Below are positions 38,614-47,599 of a stretch of 64,000 nt of DNA, one piece after another (positions within the stretch are counted from its first letter, which is position 1; each line of letters begins with the position of its first letter). Location: the NCBI GenBank assembly GCA_965208835.1, contig OZ242358.1, positions 3,712,001 to 3,776,000 of the forward strand. The letters run 5' to 3'. Source of the DNA: Candidatus Latescibacterota bacterium. Its GTDB lineage: Bacteria; Latescibacterota; UBA2968; GCA-2709665. Under the pieces are notes generated by a model that searched no databases, was not told the DNA's origin, and saw nothing but the letters and a program-made list of their open reading frames with translations. Made by a program: the position numbers and the translations under genes.

Positions 38614-41001
38614 TTATCGGATCACGACAAACGTGCCGGTCTTGATCTTTCCGGCGCCGGCCGAACCTTCAACGCCGTGCACGGCATAGAAATAGATTCC
38701 CGGACCCACAAGCGCCCGGATCGTGGAATACGGCCGACCGGTCCACCGCGTCTCGCTGGACGCGTTGTTCTTCTGACGCAGCACCTGGATCAGCTGCCCG
38801 GCAGTGTTGAAGATATAAATAAACGAGTTGGACGGCACGTTCACGAAGCGGATTGAAAGGCCGCCGCCGTACTCGTTCGTGCCGTTGGCCATGTACGGGT
38901 TCGGCACCACCACGATATCGCGTTCCAAAGCGTCAGCGGCCGCCACGAACGGCAACACGGGCGACCCGCGGTTGACTTGCAGGAAGTTGGAGAACGGACC
39001 TTCCTGTCCGTTCTGCAGGAACTTCTGCGCCCTGGGAGGGAGATCCGCGAAAGTCATCGTGCCGTCGTTGTTCACCCAGTCGTTATGCGGTTCCTGGTAG
39101 GCCCGGATGCTGTAGTAATAGAAGAATCCGGCGTTGGAACTCGCGTCGGACCAGCCGTACATTCCGGGACGTGCGGCGCGCCGGCCATCGCTGGCCTGGT
39201 TGGCCAGCCCCTGGGCGACGGACTCGTCGGTCTCCGCCGCTGCGACGGGCCAGTCCGCGCCCGCATCGTACGTGACACCTGCCGGCAGCGGTCCGCCCAC
39301 GGGAATGTCGCCGACCAGCGAGAACGGGCCGGTGGCCGTGAGCGTTCCACGCAGCCCGCGGTAGATGCGGAAGCCGGCCACGTCGGCTGCGCCGTAGTCG
39401 GGATGAACCGCGCCCTGGGCCTCGGCGGCCCAGAACAGCTTCACCTTGGCGTTCTCGTCGCTCTTCACGAAAACGTCGACGTCGGGTGGGCCATCCGGAA
39501 TGTCAAAGCCGCTCTGATAGGCGAATAACGCGTGTTCCAGGTGTTCTACGATCGCCTGCTCGCCCGAAAGGAAACTGGCTTTATCGGCGGTGAGCGACCA
39601 CTGCCAGATGTCTATGGGGCTTTTGCCGGGACCGGCATACTCGGCGCCGGAACCGGCCACAAACGCCACCACGACCTTGGCCTTGTCGCCAGGGCCAAGC
39701 GCCCATGGGCCATAGACCTGCGCGTTCGTGAACCCGCCCACCGCGGTGGGGTTGTCCTGCGCGGACGTTGCCGTCAACTTGGCAAATGCCTCGGCAGGGG
39801 TCTCTCCTTCAAGGACGGGCTCGTCATAGTCGGCGGTCGTGCGTACGTTCCACCAGCCCTGGTAGACCGGCTGGTCCGCCGCGGGCTGTACGTACTGACC
39901 CGCGTCGTGCATGTTGAACGCGTGTCTGGGGTCGTCCGGGCTGTCCGCGAACGCGACCGGCGCCATGCCCACGAATGAATGGGCGGACAGCTTGCCGTCG
40001 GGGAAGGCCATCTCCTTCAGGTCGGAGGTTTCGATATCCTTGATCCAGGGGTCCCCTGTATCCTCCCAGGCCTTGAACGGGCTGTCGCCGTCGAACTGGT
40101 AGCTCAGCTTGAGCCCCTGCGCCCTGGCCGCGCTGATGGCAACAGGCCCGCCGGGGCCGCCATCCACGTAGTTTCCGGCCTCCGTGTACCGGAAGTGATC
40201 GTCGAGACCGTCGTCGAACCACCGCCACCAGCGGCCGCCGCCCTGGTTGTTGTCGGAGGTTTCATTGATTTTCCAGGTGGCCACCAGCGGCAGGTACACT
40301 TCGTTGTGCCGGTCGCTGCCGGTGTTTTCCAGAATGAATTCCGCAATGACGAAATCGTCGAACATCTGATGGGACCAGTTGTGGACCTTTCGGGTGATGG
40401 TGATATCGAACTTGTTGGTCCACTTGGCGACCAGAATCTCTTCCGCAAACGCGTCGTCCGGCGTGTATTCTCCGGGCGAGAAGTTCCAGATCAATCTTGG
40501 CGGTGCGCTGACGTCATTTTCGTCCGGAACGTTCGCACCCTGCCAGTAGTTGCTGGGTTGCGTAAACGACGCCCCGCGCCCCTGCTCCCACTCCGTGGCC
40601 GCGCCGAGGTGCGCCTCGGGCCCGCTGGATGGATCATAGACCAGCGGCGTGATATCGACGCTCTTGCCCCGGGGGCCGGTCCAGGCCGCATCCACACCTC
40701 CGGGCCCCACGACCATGATCCAGGTACCGAATCCGACCGCGTTGCCGCCCCGGCGGGTATAGTTGGAACTGGCGTTGCTGCTGGGGATGTTTGCCCAGCC
40801 GGGATACCAGAACATATCCGGCTCTCCCGTCTGCCCGCTTCCCAGATTCCAGCCGCCCATGGTACCGTCCGAGTTCCAGCTGATCTGGAGGTGACCCCGG
40901 CTGGTGGAAAGCCTCGGCGTGTCGCTCTGGTCAACCGCCCAGGCGCCCACTGGCAGGAGCAAGCCGCAAACAAGCGCCATAAGCTTGATGCCTGGTTTCA
41001 T
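38614..41001 (-). CDS. Secreted protein with FN3-like domain and T9SS-type C-terminal sorting domain
   Basis: Signal peptide; V.L.W...GFRIYR...YYYSIRAY; C-terminal VVPNPY...IRF.N.P....IYIFN.AG.L...GIYFY.V...G.FVVIR. Confidence 0.75.
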   Translation of the reverse strand: MKPGIKLMALVCGLLLPVGAWAVDQSDTPRLSTSRGHLQISWNSDGTMGGWNLGSGQTGEPDMFWYPGWANIPSSNASSNYTRRGGNAVGFGTWIMVVGPGGVDAAWTGPRGKSVDITPLVYDPSSGPEAHLGAATEWEQGRGASFTQPSNYWQGANVPDENDVSAPPRLIWNFSPGEYTPDDAFAEEILVAKWTNKFDITITRKVHNWSHQMFDDFVIAEFILENTGSDRHNEVYLPLVATWKINETSDNNQGGGRWWRWFDDGLDDHFRYTEAGNYVDGGPGGPVAISAARAQGLKLSYQFDGDSPFKAWEDTGDPWIKDIETSDLKEMAFPDGKLSAHSFVGMAPVAFADSPDDPRHAFNMHDAGQYVQPAADQPVYQGWWNVRTTADYDEPVLEGETPAEAFAKLTATSAQDNPTAVGGFTNAQVYGPWALGPGDKAKVVVAFVAGSGAEYAGPGKSPIDIWQWSLTADKASFLSGEQAIVEHLEHALFAYQSGFDIPDGPPDVDVFVKSDENAKVKLFWAAEAQGAVHPDYGAADVAGFRIYRGLRGTLTATGPFSLVGDIPVGGPLPAGVTYDAGADWPVAAAETDESVAQGLANQASDGRRAARPGMYGWSDASSNAGFFYYYSIRAYQEPHNDWVNNDGTMTFADLPPRAQKFLQNGQEGPFSNFLQVNRGSPVLPFVAAADALERDIVVVPNPYMANGTNEYGGGLSIRFVNVPSNSFIYIFNTAGQLIQVLRQKNNASSETRWTGRPYSTIRALVGPGIYFYAVHGVEGSAGAGKIKTGTFVVIR

Positions 41002-41024
41002 ACTTGCTTCTCCCTTTCGTTAAG

Positions 41025-41054
41025 ACCGGGGACGGGGAAAAACCCGCCCCCGGT
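41025..41054 (-). terminator. Intergenic stem-loop between the TBDR and cargo genes
   Basis: ACCGGGG(A)CGGG...CCCGCCCCCGGT hairpin without a long U-tract. Confidence 0.45.
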
Positions 41055-41068
41055 ATCGTTGAACACGA

Positions 41069-44000
41069 TTAGAAGTTGACTTTGAGTCCCACGCCCACCT
41101 CGCGCGGCTTCCCGTAGTACCGGGTCAGTTCGTTGTAATCGCCGTGCGTGAGGTAGTCCTGGTCGTTCGGCCTGGGAACGTTCAGACCCCAGCGGACGAA
41201 GTCGGGATAGGAGCCGCCGACGGGGCTGTCCTGCTGGTTGAACAGGTTGAAGATCTCCACGTAGAAGACGGCATTCCGGTGCCCGCCTTCCACGAGCGTC
41301 TTCTCAACCTGCAGGTCGGTCCACGTTCGGATGGGCCTGTGGCGCAACTCCGGCTGCTTGCCCGGTGGCGTGTACCATTGGGGCCTGCCGCTCGTAATCC
41401 GCCAGACCAGATTGGTGCGCAGGCCGCCCACCGCGTGGAACTGACGCAGCCCGGGACCGAAGTCCATCGGCGTGTCCAGGTACAGCGAGAGGCTGGACTG
41501 GACGCGCAGGTCGGACCCCTTCGGATTAAACAGGCGGCCGCCGCCGTACGTGGGCTGCCACACGCCGTTCATATTGGCCGGCGCGTCGTAGGCCTTCTGG
41601 ATGTCCATGAACTCGAAGATCACGAACTGATACCTGTCGGTGATGGCTCTGGCCCTGCCCCGCCACCAGCTGGCCACCCTCGTAGCGAGCTTCATCCGTT
41701 CTTCGAGCGAGAAATCCTTGCGTACGTAAGCCGATCCGTTCCATTCCCAATCGTGATACTGGTCGGGGTTCATCACGTACGAGGAGTCGGGGTAGAACAT
41801 CGTGGCGTTGGAACCCACGCGCGCCGTAGACGCCCAGCCGAAGTTGATGGCCGCGTTGAACGAGAAATAGTGGCTGAAGCCCTTGCGCACGTGCAGTTCG
41901 AGCCCTCTCATATCCTGGAAGGAACTGGGTTTGCGGCCCCAGACCCAGGTTGTGCGCTGCGGCTCGTACCAGTACCGGCTGCCTGAGGAAATCTTGCCGA
42001 TGGCACTCTTGTAATAGGCCGCGATACCCGCCGTATAGTCTGCGACGAAGTTCCAGTCGGCGCCCGCCTCGTAAGCCCTTGTACGCGTGAGTGCAACGTA
42101 GGGGTTGGCCATGCGGACCTGACCGTGCAGACCCCGGAACGCGTCCCACGCCACGTGGGCGTCAGGACCGTTGGACCGCCACTGTTCGCGGAAGTACTCG
42201 AACAGGTCGGGCACTTTGGCGTAGAGACCGGCCGTGAAGTGGAAGGCCGACCGCTGCGTAATGGGATGGGAAATCCCGAAGCGCGGGCTGAACTGGGTCG
42301 CCCACTGCGGGTCGACCGTGACCATATCCACGTGTTTGATCAGCCAGCGGTTCTGCGGTGTCTGAAGCTGCGAGACGTTGTAGAACCGATGGTTGGTGTA
42401 TAACGCGTCGAACCGGATGCCCGCGTTCATCACCATGCCCTCGAACTCCATCTTGTCCTGCAGATAGAATCCGATCTGGATGGGGTTGATCGGGGCTTTC
42501 ACGTCGGGCAGATTGCCCGAGTGGGTGATGAAGTCCACAATCCGCTGGCTCGGATTCGGCGAATTGTAGTTCAGGTAATAAATGCTGAACCGGGTGAGAT
42601 CAAACCCGCCCTTGACGAAGTGCCCCTTGGACACCTGAGAAGACACGTCCAGCTTCAGATTCAGCCGGCTACGGTCGGCGATGGTGTAATTCGCGACATT
42701 GGCGGGCTTCACGTTGAACCAGCCGTCGAGGTCCTTCTCGCCGAATACGGTCACCGGGAACCCGAACTGGTCTTTCGGCCAGTCGGTTTTCTGGGTATCT
42801 TCCAACGTTGTGTAGAACGACACCCTGGCTTCGTAGAACGTCTTCGGGGATACGGTGTGGGTCAGCGACGCGTAGGTGACCCGGTCGGTCACTTTCCGTC
42901 CGCCGGCCCCGGATCCCTCCGGCAGAAAGATATTCTGACCGTTGGACGCCCTGTCGCGCTGGGTGTTCGTTCCCCTGTTGAAATAGTCCGCCGTGGAGTA
43001 GATCTGCCCGATGCTCACTTTCGCGTCGGCCCCCGGTCGGAACGTCAGCTTGGCGTTGCCGCGGAAATCAAGCGGCGTTTCGAGCGTGGGAAAACCGCCC
43101 GACATCACGCTGATCAGGCTGGTCGCGCCGAGGCTCGGATCGAACGTGGCATTGCGAACGGAGGTGTTCAGCACGTCCGTAGGCTGCCGGGACCACCGGG
43201 CGCTGGCGAAGAAACTGGCCTGGTCGCCCATCGGGCCGGAGATGCCGCCCTCGATATAGTAACCCTTGATGTCGGTATATTCCACGGCCCTGTGCGCCAG
43301 GCCCACCTCGTCGTCGGGCGTGCCCGGAACGCCGTCTTCACCGTCGCTCAGGATCACCGTTTCGGCGCGCCACTCACTGTCGTCCCACTTGAGCCGGTCG
43401 CGGTGATACGCGCTCTCATACAGGTTGGAACCCCAGTGCTTCTGGCTCGGGGGCGTATAGCGCAAATCGCCCCAGCCGCGGAAGTCGCGACCGCCGTCTT
43501 TGGTGATGATGGAGACCGCGCCGGATTCCAGGTTTCCGTATTCCGCGCTCGCGCCGCCGGAAATCACGGTGATTTCCTGAACGGCAGTCTTGGAGGGTCC
43601 GGTGAACTGCCGGCCGTACCCGTCGTTGTTCGGCAGAACCACGCCGTCCACCATCAGGATGCCGTCTTTCGAGTCTCCGCCGCGGATGACGTTGGCATTG
43701 GTGAGCTGCACGCCCGGATTCAACGTAACCAGGTCCGTGACCGACCGCGCCATGGGCAGCGCCTCCAGTTGCTCGACGCCCATCACGTAATGGCTGGTGG
43801 TCTTGTCGGGCTCTACCGGCGGGCGCTCGGCCACGACCACGAGTTCCTCGGCTTCGAGCGCCGTCTCCTTCAACTGGAAGTCGACGGTTGTGGTAAAGTC
43901 GGCCTGGATTCGCACGTCGGTCTTCGTGACGGCGTTGTAGCCGACCATTGACGCCACCAGCGTAATGTTGCCCGGGTCGACGGAGATGACAAGATAGTAA

Positions 44001-44194
44001 CCGTCAGCATCCGACTGCGCCCCCCTGCGCGTGCCTTCGATAACGACATTCACGCCGGGAAGCGGCTCACCGGACGCCGCATCCATAATGCGCCCGGTCA
44101 GTTTACCGGTCTGGCCCGCAAACGCGTCCGTGGAAAAACCCACAAGCACGAAGAGCGCGACCGGCAAAGCCACAAACAACTTCCATCTGTTCAT
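41069..44194 (-). CDS. TonB-dependent receptor with N-terminal CarboxypepD_reg-like domain
   Basis: GKL.GRI.D..SGEPLPG.NV, plug motifs IRGG..VDG..ISGG.SAEYG, YLQDKMEF, SPRFGISHPIT, C-terminal F. Confidence 0.92.
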   Translation of the reverse strand: MNRWKLFVALPVALFVLVGFSTDAFAGQTGKLTGRIMDAASGEPLPGVNVVIEGTRRGAQSDADGYYLVISVDPGNITLVASMVGYNAVTKTDVRIQADFTTTVDFQLKETALEAEELVVVAERPPVEPDKTTSHYVMGVEQLEALPMARSVTDLVTLNPGVQLTNANVIRGGDSKDGILMVDGVVLPNNDGYGRQFTGPSKTAVQEITVISGGASAEYGNLESGAVSIITKDGGRDFRGWGDLRYTPPSQKHWGSNLYESAYHRDRLKWDDSEWRAETVILSDGEDGVPGTPDDEVGLAHRAVEYTDIKGYYIEGGISGPMGDQASFFASARWSRQPTDVLNTSVRNATFDPSLGATSLISVMSGGFPTLETPLDFRGNAKLTFRPGADAKVSIGQIYSTADYFNRGTNTQRDRASNGQNIFLPEGSGAGGRKVTDRVTYASLTHTVSPKTFYEARVSFYTTLEDTQKTDWPKDQFGFPVTVFGEKDLDGWFNVKPANVANYTIADRSRLNLKLDVSSQVSKGHFVKGGFDLTRFSIYYLNYNSPNPSQRIVDFITHSGNLPDVKAPINPIQIGFYLQDKMEFEGMVMNAGIRFDALYTNHRFYNVSQLQTPQNRWLIKHVDMVTVDPQWATQFSPRFGISHPITQRSAFHFTAGLYAKVPDLFEYFREQWRSNGPDAHVAWDAFRGLHGQVRMANPYVALTRTRAYEAGADWNFVADYTAGIAAYYKSAIGKISSGSRYWYEPQRTTWVWGRKPSSFQDMRGLELHVRKGFSHYFSFNAAINFGWASTARVGSNATMFYPDSSYVMNPDQYHDWEWNGSAYVRKDFSLEERMKLATRVASWWRGRARAITDRYQFVIFEFMDIQKAYDAPANMNGVWQPTYGGGRLFNPKGSDLRVQSSLSLYLDTPMDFGPGLRQFHAVGGLRTNLVWRITSGRPQWYTPPGKQPELRHRPIRTWTDLQVEKTLVEGGHRNAVFYVEIFNLFNQQDSPVGGSYPDFVRWGLNVPRPNDQDYLTHGDYNELTRYYGKPREVGVGLKVNF

Positions 44195-44224
44195 CTTAAA
44201 ACCTCCTCCGAAAAGATTCCGCGG

Positions 44225-44923
44225 CTATTTCCCGCTGAAGTAGAATTTAACCCCGGCTCCGAAGTCCAGCATCTGCAAGGGGAAGGTTTCGGAAAGTTCC
44301 CAGTCTTCAAGGCCCCGAAGATCCCCGATCATCATATTATAACGCGCGCGCAAGTCCACGGCAACGTTGTCGATCACGAATGCCTCGACTCCCAGCCCTG
44401 CGTTGATGCCGAGCGCGTACCGCTGATCGGTGAACGGCTCAAGTTCAAGGACAAGCTCGCCCGTCTGCCCTGGCCAAAGCAACCCGCTGACGTCGTTCTT
44501 GTACCGATAAAAGCCGCCCCCCACCGCCACGTACGGAGCGAAGCTGCTGGCGGCGAATGGCTGCCCGATCTGCCGCAGACGAACCAGTGCGTTTACCAGC
44601 AGACTGTTCAGGCTCATGTTGCTTGACGCGTTCGGGCTGGTATGAGCCTCGCCATCGGACCAGGTGAACGTTCGGGTCAGCAGGCTCCCGTCGGTGAAGT
44701 TGCCGCTGTGAAACTCGAGCTCCACAGTTACGTTCGACGCGGGCACGTAGGCCGCGTTCAATCCGAACTTGGAATCGTTGTCGTACCATTCGCCCAGGCC
44801 GAAGACCGGCACGTTGTAATTCGCGAACACGCCGACCCCCCAACTCCCTTCCTGGGCGACTGCAGGCCACGCTGATACCGAGAATACAAGAATCAACAGG
44901 CCGACAACCCTGAACACCTTCAT
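44225..44923 (-). CDS. Small outer-membrane beta-barrel (OMP_b-brl-like)
   Basis: Signal peptide, PYVAVGGG, G.NAG.GVE, terminal GVKFYF; AAGGAGG RBS before 44923. Confidence 0.8.
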   Translation of the reverse strand: MKVFRVVGLLILVFSVSAWPAVAQEGSWGVGVFANYNVPVFGLGEWYDNDSKFGLNAAYVPASNVTVELEFHSGNFTDGSLLTRTFTWSDGEAHTSPNASSNMSLNSLLVNALVRLRQIGQPFAASSFAPYVAVGGGFYRYKNDVSGLLWPGQTGELVLELEPFTDQRYALGINAGLGVEAFVIDNVAVDLRARYNMMIGDLRGLEDWELSETFPLQMLDFGAGVKFYFSGK

Positions 44924-45065
44924 AAACACCTCCTTATTAGGAAGATGACTAATCCCCTCCACCCAGCTGTACATCTGCGTTCTGCTTCGAAACAACAAAG
45001 ACTTGCGAATTGGCATCTGATAAAACACCCGCAGTCTGCTCGTTTCTCCACCCCCTTTCGGATAC

Positions 45066-45103
45066 AAAAAAAGGGCGTAACTGTCCGGAAACCGGCAGCG
45101 CCC
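45066..45103 (-). terminator. Intrinsic terminator in the leader upstream of the OMP-TBDR locus
   Basis: GGGCG-CTGCCGG-TTT-CCGGACAG-TTA-CGCCC followed by T7 on the minus strand. Confidence 0.7.
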
Positions 45104-45105
45104 GA

Positions 45106-45171
45106 CTAAAGCACATCTGCTTCAATCCTGAAATTTTTGCGATAATATGCTACGCGGTAACAATTTAACAT
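45106..45171 (-). CDS. Putative 21-aa leader peptide MLNCYRVAYYRKNFRIEADVL
   Basis: ATG..TAG ending 2 nt before the terminator stem; no strong RBS. Confidence 0.25.
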   Translation of the reverse strand: MLNCYRVAYYRKNFRIEADVL

Positions 45172-45230
45172 AAGCCAACCGTTGTAACGCGCAGGTTCGT
45201 GTGAGAACACAACCGCAGGGTATTCGAGAG

Positions 45231-45259
45231 AAGATATATAACCATTTCTTAAATGTCAA
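45231..45259 (-). promoter_or_regulatory. Sigma70-like promoter
   Basis: TTGACA-17 bp-TATCTT in an AT-rich gap. Confidence 0.6.
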
Positions 45260-45299
45260 CACTTTTGTAACGTATTTTTTAACGGGTCCGGAAACCGAA

Positions 45300-46202
45300 T
45301 CAGGCTGTGCGGGCCGCTGCCGGCCCGGGACCGGCACCGAGGACCGAAAGCACCGTTTCTCCGATATCGGCCGGGCTTCCGCAGACGTGGATGCCGGCGC
45401 CCGTGAGGGCGGCTACCTTTTCCTCCGCCGTGCCCTTGCCGCCCGAGATAATGGCGCCTGCGTGGCCCATACGCCTGCCTGGAGGCGCGGTCTGACCGGC
45501 GATGAATCCGACGACGGGCTTAGGGAATGAATTCCTTACGAAGTCCGCGGCCTGCTCTTCGGCGCTGCCGCCAATCTCACCGATCATAACAACGCATTCG
45601 GTATCCGGGTCCTGCCCGAAGGCATTGAGACAGTCTATAAAGCTGGTCCCGATGATCGGGTCTCCTCCGATACCCACGCACGTGGACTGACCGAGACCCA
45701 GGGCGGTCAACTGAGCGACGGCTTCGTAGGTCAGCGTCCCGCTGCGGGAAATGACCCCCACGCTGCCGCTCCTGTGAATTTCGGCCGGCATGATGCCTAT
45801 TTTGCATCTCCCGGGAGCGATGATGCCCGGGCAGTTGGGGCCGATAAGCCGGGTGGAGCGGGAACCGAGGTAGTGATTGACTCTGACCATGTCCAGCACC
45901 GGGATGCCTTCGCTGATACACACGACCAGGCTGACTCCGGCATCCGCGGCTTCAATGATCGCGTCCGCCGAGAACGCCGCGGGCACGAAGACAATCGAGG
46001 CGTCTGCGCCCGTGGCGTCGACCGCGTCGGAGACCGTGTTGAACACGGGTACGCCCTCGACGCGGCGGCCGGCCCGGCCCGGCGTAACGCCGCCTACGAT
46101 CCGGGTGCCGTAGTCCAGCATCTGACGCGTGTGAAAGGAACCTTCGCTCCCCGTAATCCCCTGTACGACGACCCGAGTGTCGTTATCGATGAAGATGCTC
46201 AT
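45300..46202 (-). CDS. sucD: Succinyl-CoA ligase alpha subunit
   Basis: [38 protein letters not shown]. Confidence 0.97.
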   Translation of the reverse strand: MSIFIDNDTRVVVQGITGSEGSFHTRQMLDYGTRIVGGVTPGRAGRRVEGVPVFNTVSDAVDATGADASIVFVPAAFSADAIIEAADAGVSLVVCISEGIPVLDMVRVNHYLGSRSTRLIGPNCPGIIAPGRCKIGIMPAEIHRSGSVGVISRSGTLTYEAVAQLTALGLGQSTCVGIGGDPIIGTSFIDCLNAFGQDPDTECVVMIGEIGGSAEEQAADFVRNSFPKPVVGFIAGQTAPPGRRMGHAGAIISGGKGTAEEKVAALTGAGIHVCGSPADIGETVLSVLGAGPGPAAARTA

Positions 46203-46261
46203 TTCATATCCCTGTTAAAGACCATATCCGTCAGGAATGTTGCTGAGTCTCTTGGTGCGGG

Positions 46262-46487
46262 AAGACGTGAGACGAGTAAAGGAGAGAGTGGAGAGAAGTG
46301 AGAAAAGAGAGAGTCGAGGGCCTCTCGCTCCTCTTCCCTACCGTGTTTACCGAATTGCATTCCTCACTCCTCACTCCTCTTACCTCACTCCTCGCTCTTC
46401 ACTCCTCTTTCCATTCGCGTTTCCCGATCTGCGTTCTCTCACTCTTCACTCCTCTTTTCTCTCTCCTCGCTCTTCACTCCTCACTCC
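46262..46487. repeat. Purine tract followed by two CTCACTC-type heptamer arrays
   Basis: About 14 degenerate YTCNYTC units at 46363-46487, the last overlapping the rpiA stop; GAGA-rich complement at 46262-46320. Confidence 0.7.
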
Positions 46488-47197
46488 TGGTGCTGCGGAA
46501 GGGGCTGCGGTCTGCATCGCTCTTCGATGCTGCCGTCCGCCTTACCGATCACGACCTGGTGCGCGAGACCGACAAAGAGGCCGGATTCAACGACGCCGCA
46601 AATCGCGGCGATACAGCGCTCAAGATCCGCGGGGTCATCGATGGCGGCGAAGGCGCAGTCCAGAATGTGGTTGCCGTTGTCCGTAACGAAAGCCCGGTTC
46701 TCACTAACGCGCAGTCGTACCCGGCACCCGAGAGCCTCGAGTTTCAGTCGAACGTACTGCCAGCCGAAGGGGACCACTTCCACCGGCAGCGGGAATCCTC
46801 CGAGGCGGTCCTTGAGTTTGGATTCGTCGGCAACGATGATTTCACGGTGGCTGGCTGTAGCCACGAGTTTTTCGCGGAACAGGGCGCCGCCGCCGCCCTT
46901 GATGAGGTTGAAAGCGGGATCGATCTCGTCCGCGCCGTCTATAGTCAGGTCTATCCGTATGGTCTCGGCGAAATCGATAAGTGGAATCCCTTCGCGTTCC
47001 GCCTGAATCCGTGACTGCTCAGAGGTTGGGATCCCACGAATCAGAAGACCCTCGCGAACGCGTTCGCCCAGCTTCTGAATTGCGTAGAACGCGGTCGATC
47101 CGGTCCCGAGGCCGACGATCATCCCGTCGTCCACCAGTTCGGCGGCCCGTTCCCCTGCGGCTTTTTTCGGGTTGGGAGACACCTTGTCATTTCGCAA
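46481..47197 (-). CDS. rpiA: Ribose-5-phosphate isomerase A
   Basis: GLGTGSTA, IDGADE, IKGGGGAL.REK, TDNGN.ILD, GVVESGLF. Confidence 0.97.
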   Translation of the reverse strand: MRNDKVSPNPKKAAGERAAELVDDGMIVGLGTGSTAFYAIQKLGERVREGLLIRGIPTSEQSRIQAEREGIPLIDFAETIRIDLTIDGADEIDPAFNLIKGGGGALFREKLVATASHREIIVADESKLKDRLGGFPLPVEVVPFGWQYVRLKLEALGCRVRLRVSENRAFVTDNGNHILDCAFAAIDDPADLERCIAAICGVVESGLFVGLAHQVVIGKADGSIEERCRPQPLPQHQE

Positions 47198-47201
47198 CGT
47201 A

Positions 47202-47226
47202 GAGCGACCTTATCAACGGACTGCTA
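47202..47226. mobile_element. Isolated terminal fragment of repeat family A
   Basis: GAGCGACCTTATCAACGGACTGCTA, immediately upstream of rpiA. Confidence 0.55.
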
Positions 47227-47345
47227 TGCTCCCTGTAAAATTCCAGGTCTGATCCGACTCGCGGGGAATTTATACATTGGCGATCCCCGTTGCAACGACA
47301 AATGACCGTGACATACGACGGCCGCGGCGTTCGTCGCCGGGTCAT

Positions 47346-47489
47346 CATCCCGTTGAAAGAGCCCAACCGGGCTACGGCCGGCCCATGCGGTCGAAATACT
47401 GCGTTGCGCTCTCGTCGAATCGCTCGACGGGACCCGGTCGCGCGTCTTGTCTTCGGCCTCGCCTGCAGAACGACTTTATCAACGGACTA
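47346..47489. mobile_element. Repeat family A, diverged and internally deleted copy
   Basis: CATCCCGTTGAAAGAG...GCGGTCGAAATACTGCGTTGCGC...CTTTATCAACGGACT. Confidence 0.75.
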
Positions 47490-47599
47490 TAAGACCAAAA
47501 ACAATTGACAATCTCGACCGTATACATCATATATATAGATCAGACGGTTCTGAGAGCGACCCTGCCAATCACGGACGACCTGTGAACCCGGGAGGCCAT

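Noticed and set aside
39979-43951. Long plus-strand ORFs (366, 280 and 476 aa)
   Set aside because: Shadows of the TBDR and cargo genes in GC-rich sequence
46237-47014. Plus-strand ORFs with LTPHSS/LHSSLL repeats
   Set aside because: Translation of the heptamer tract plus rpiA antisense; not credible proteins
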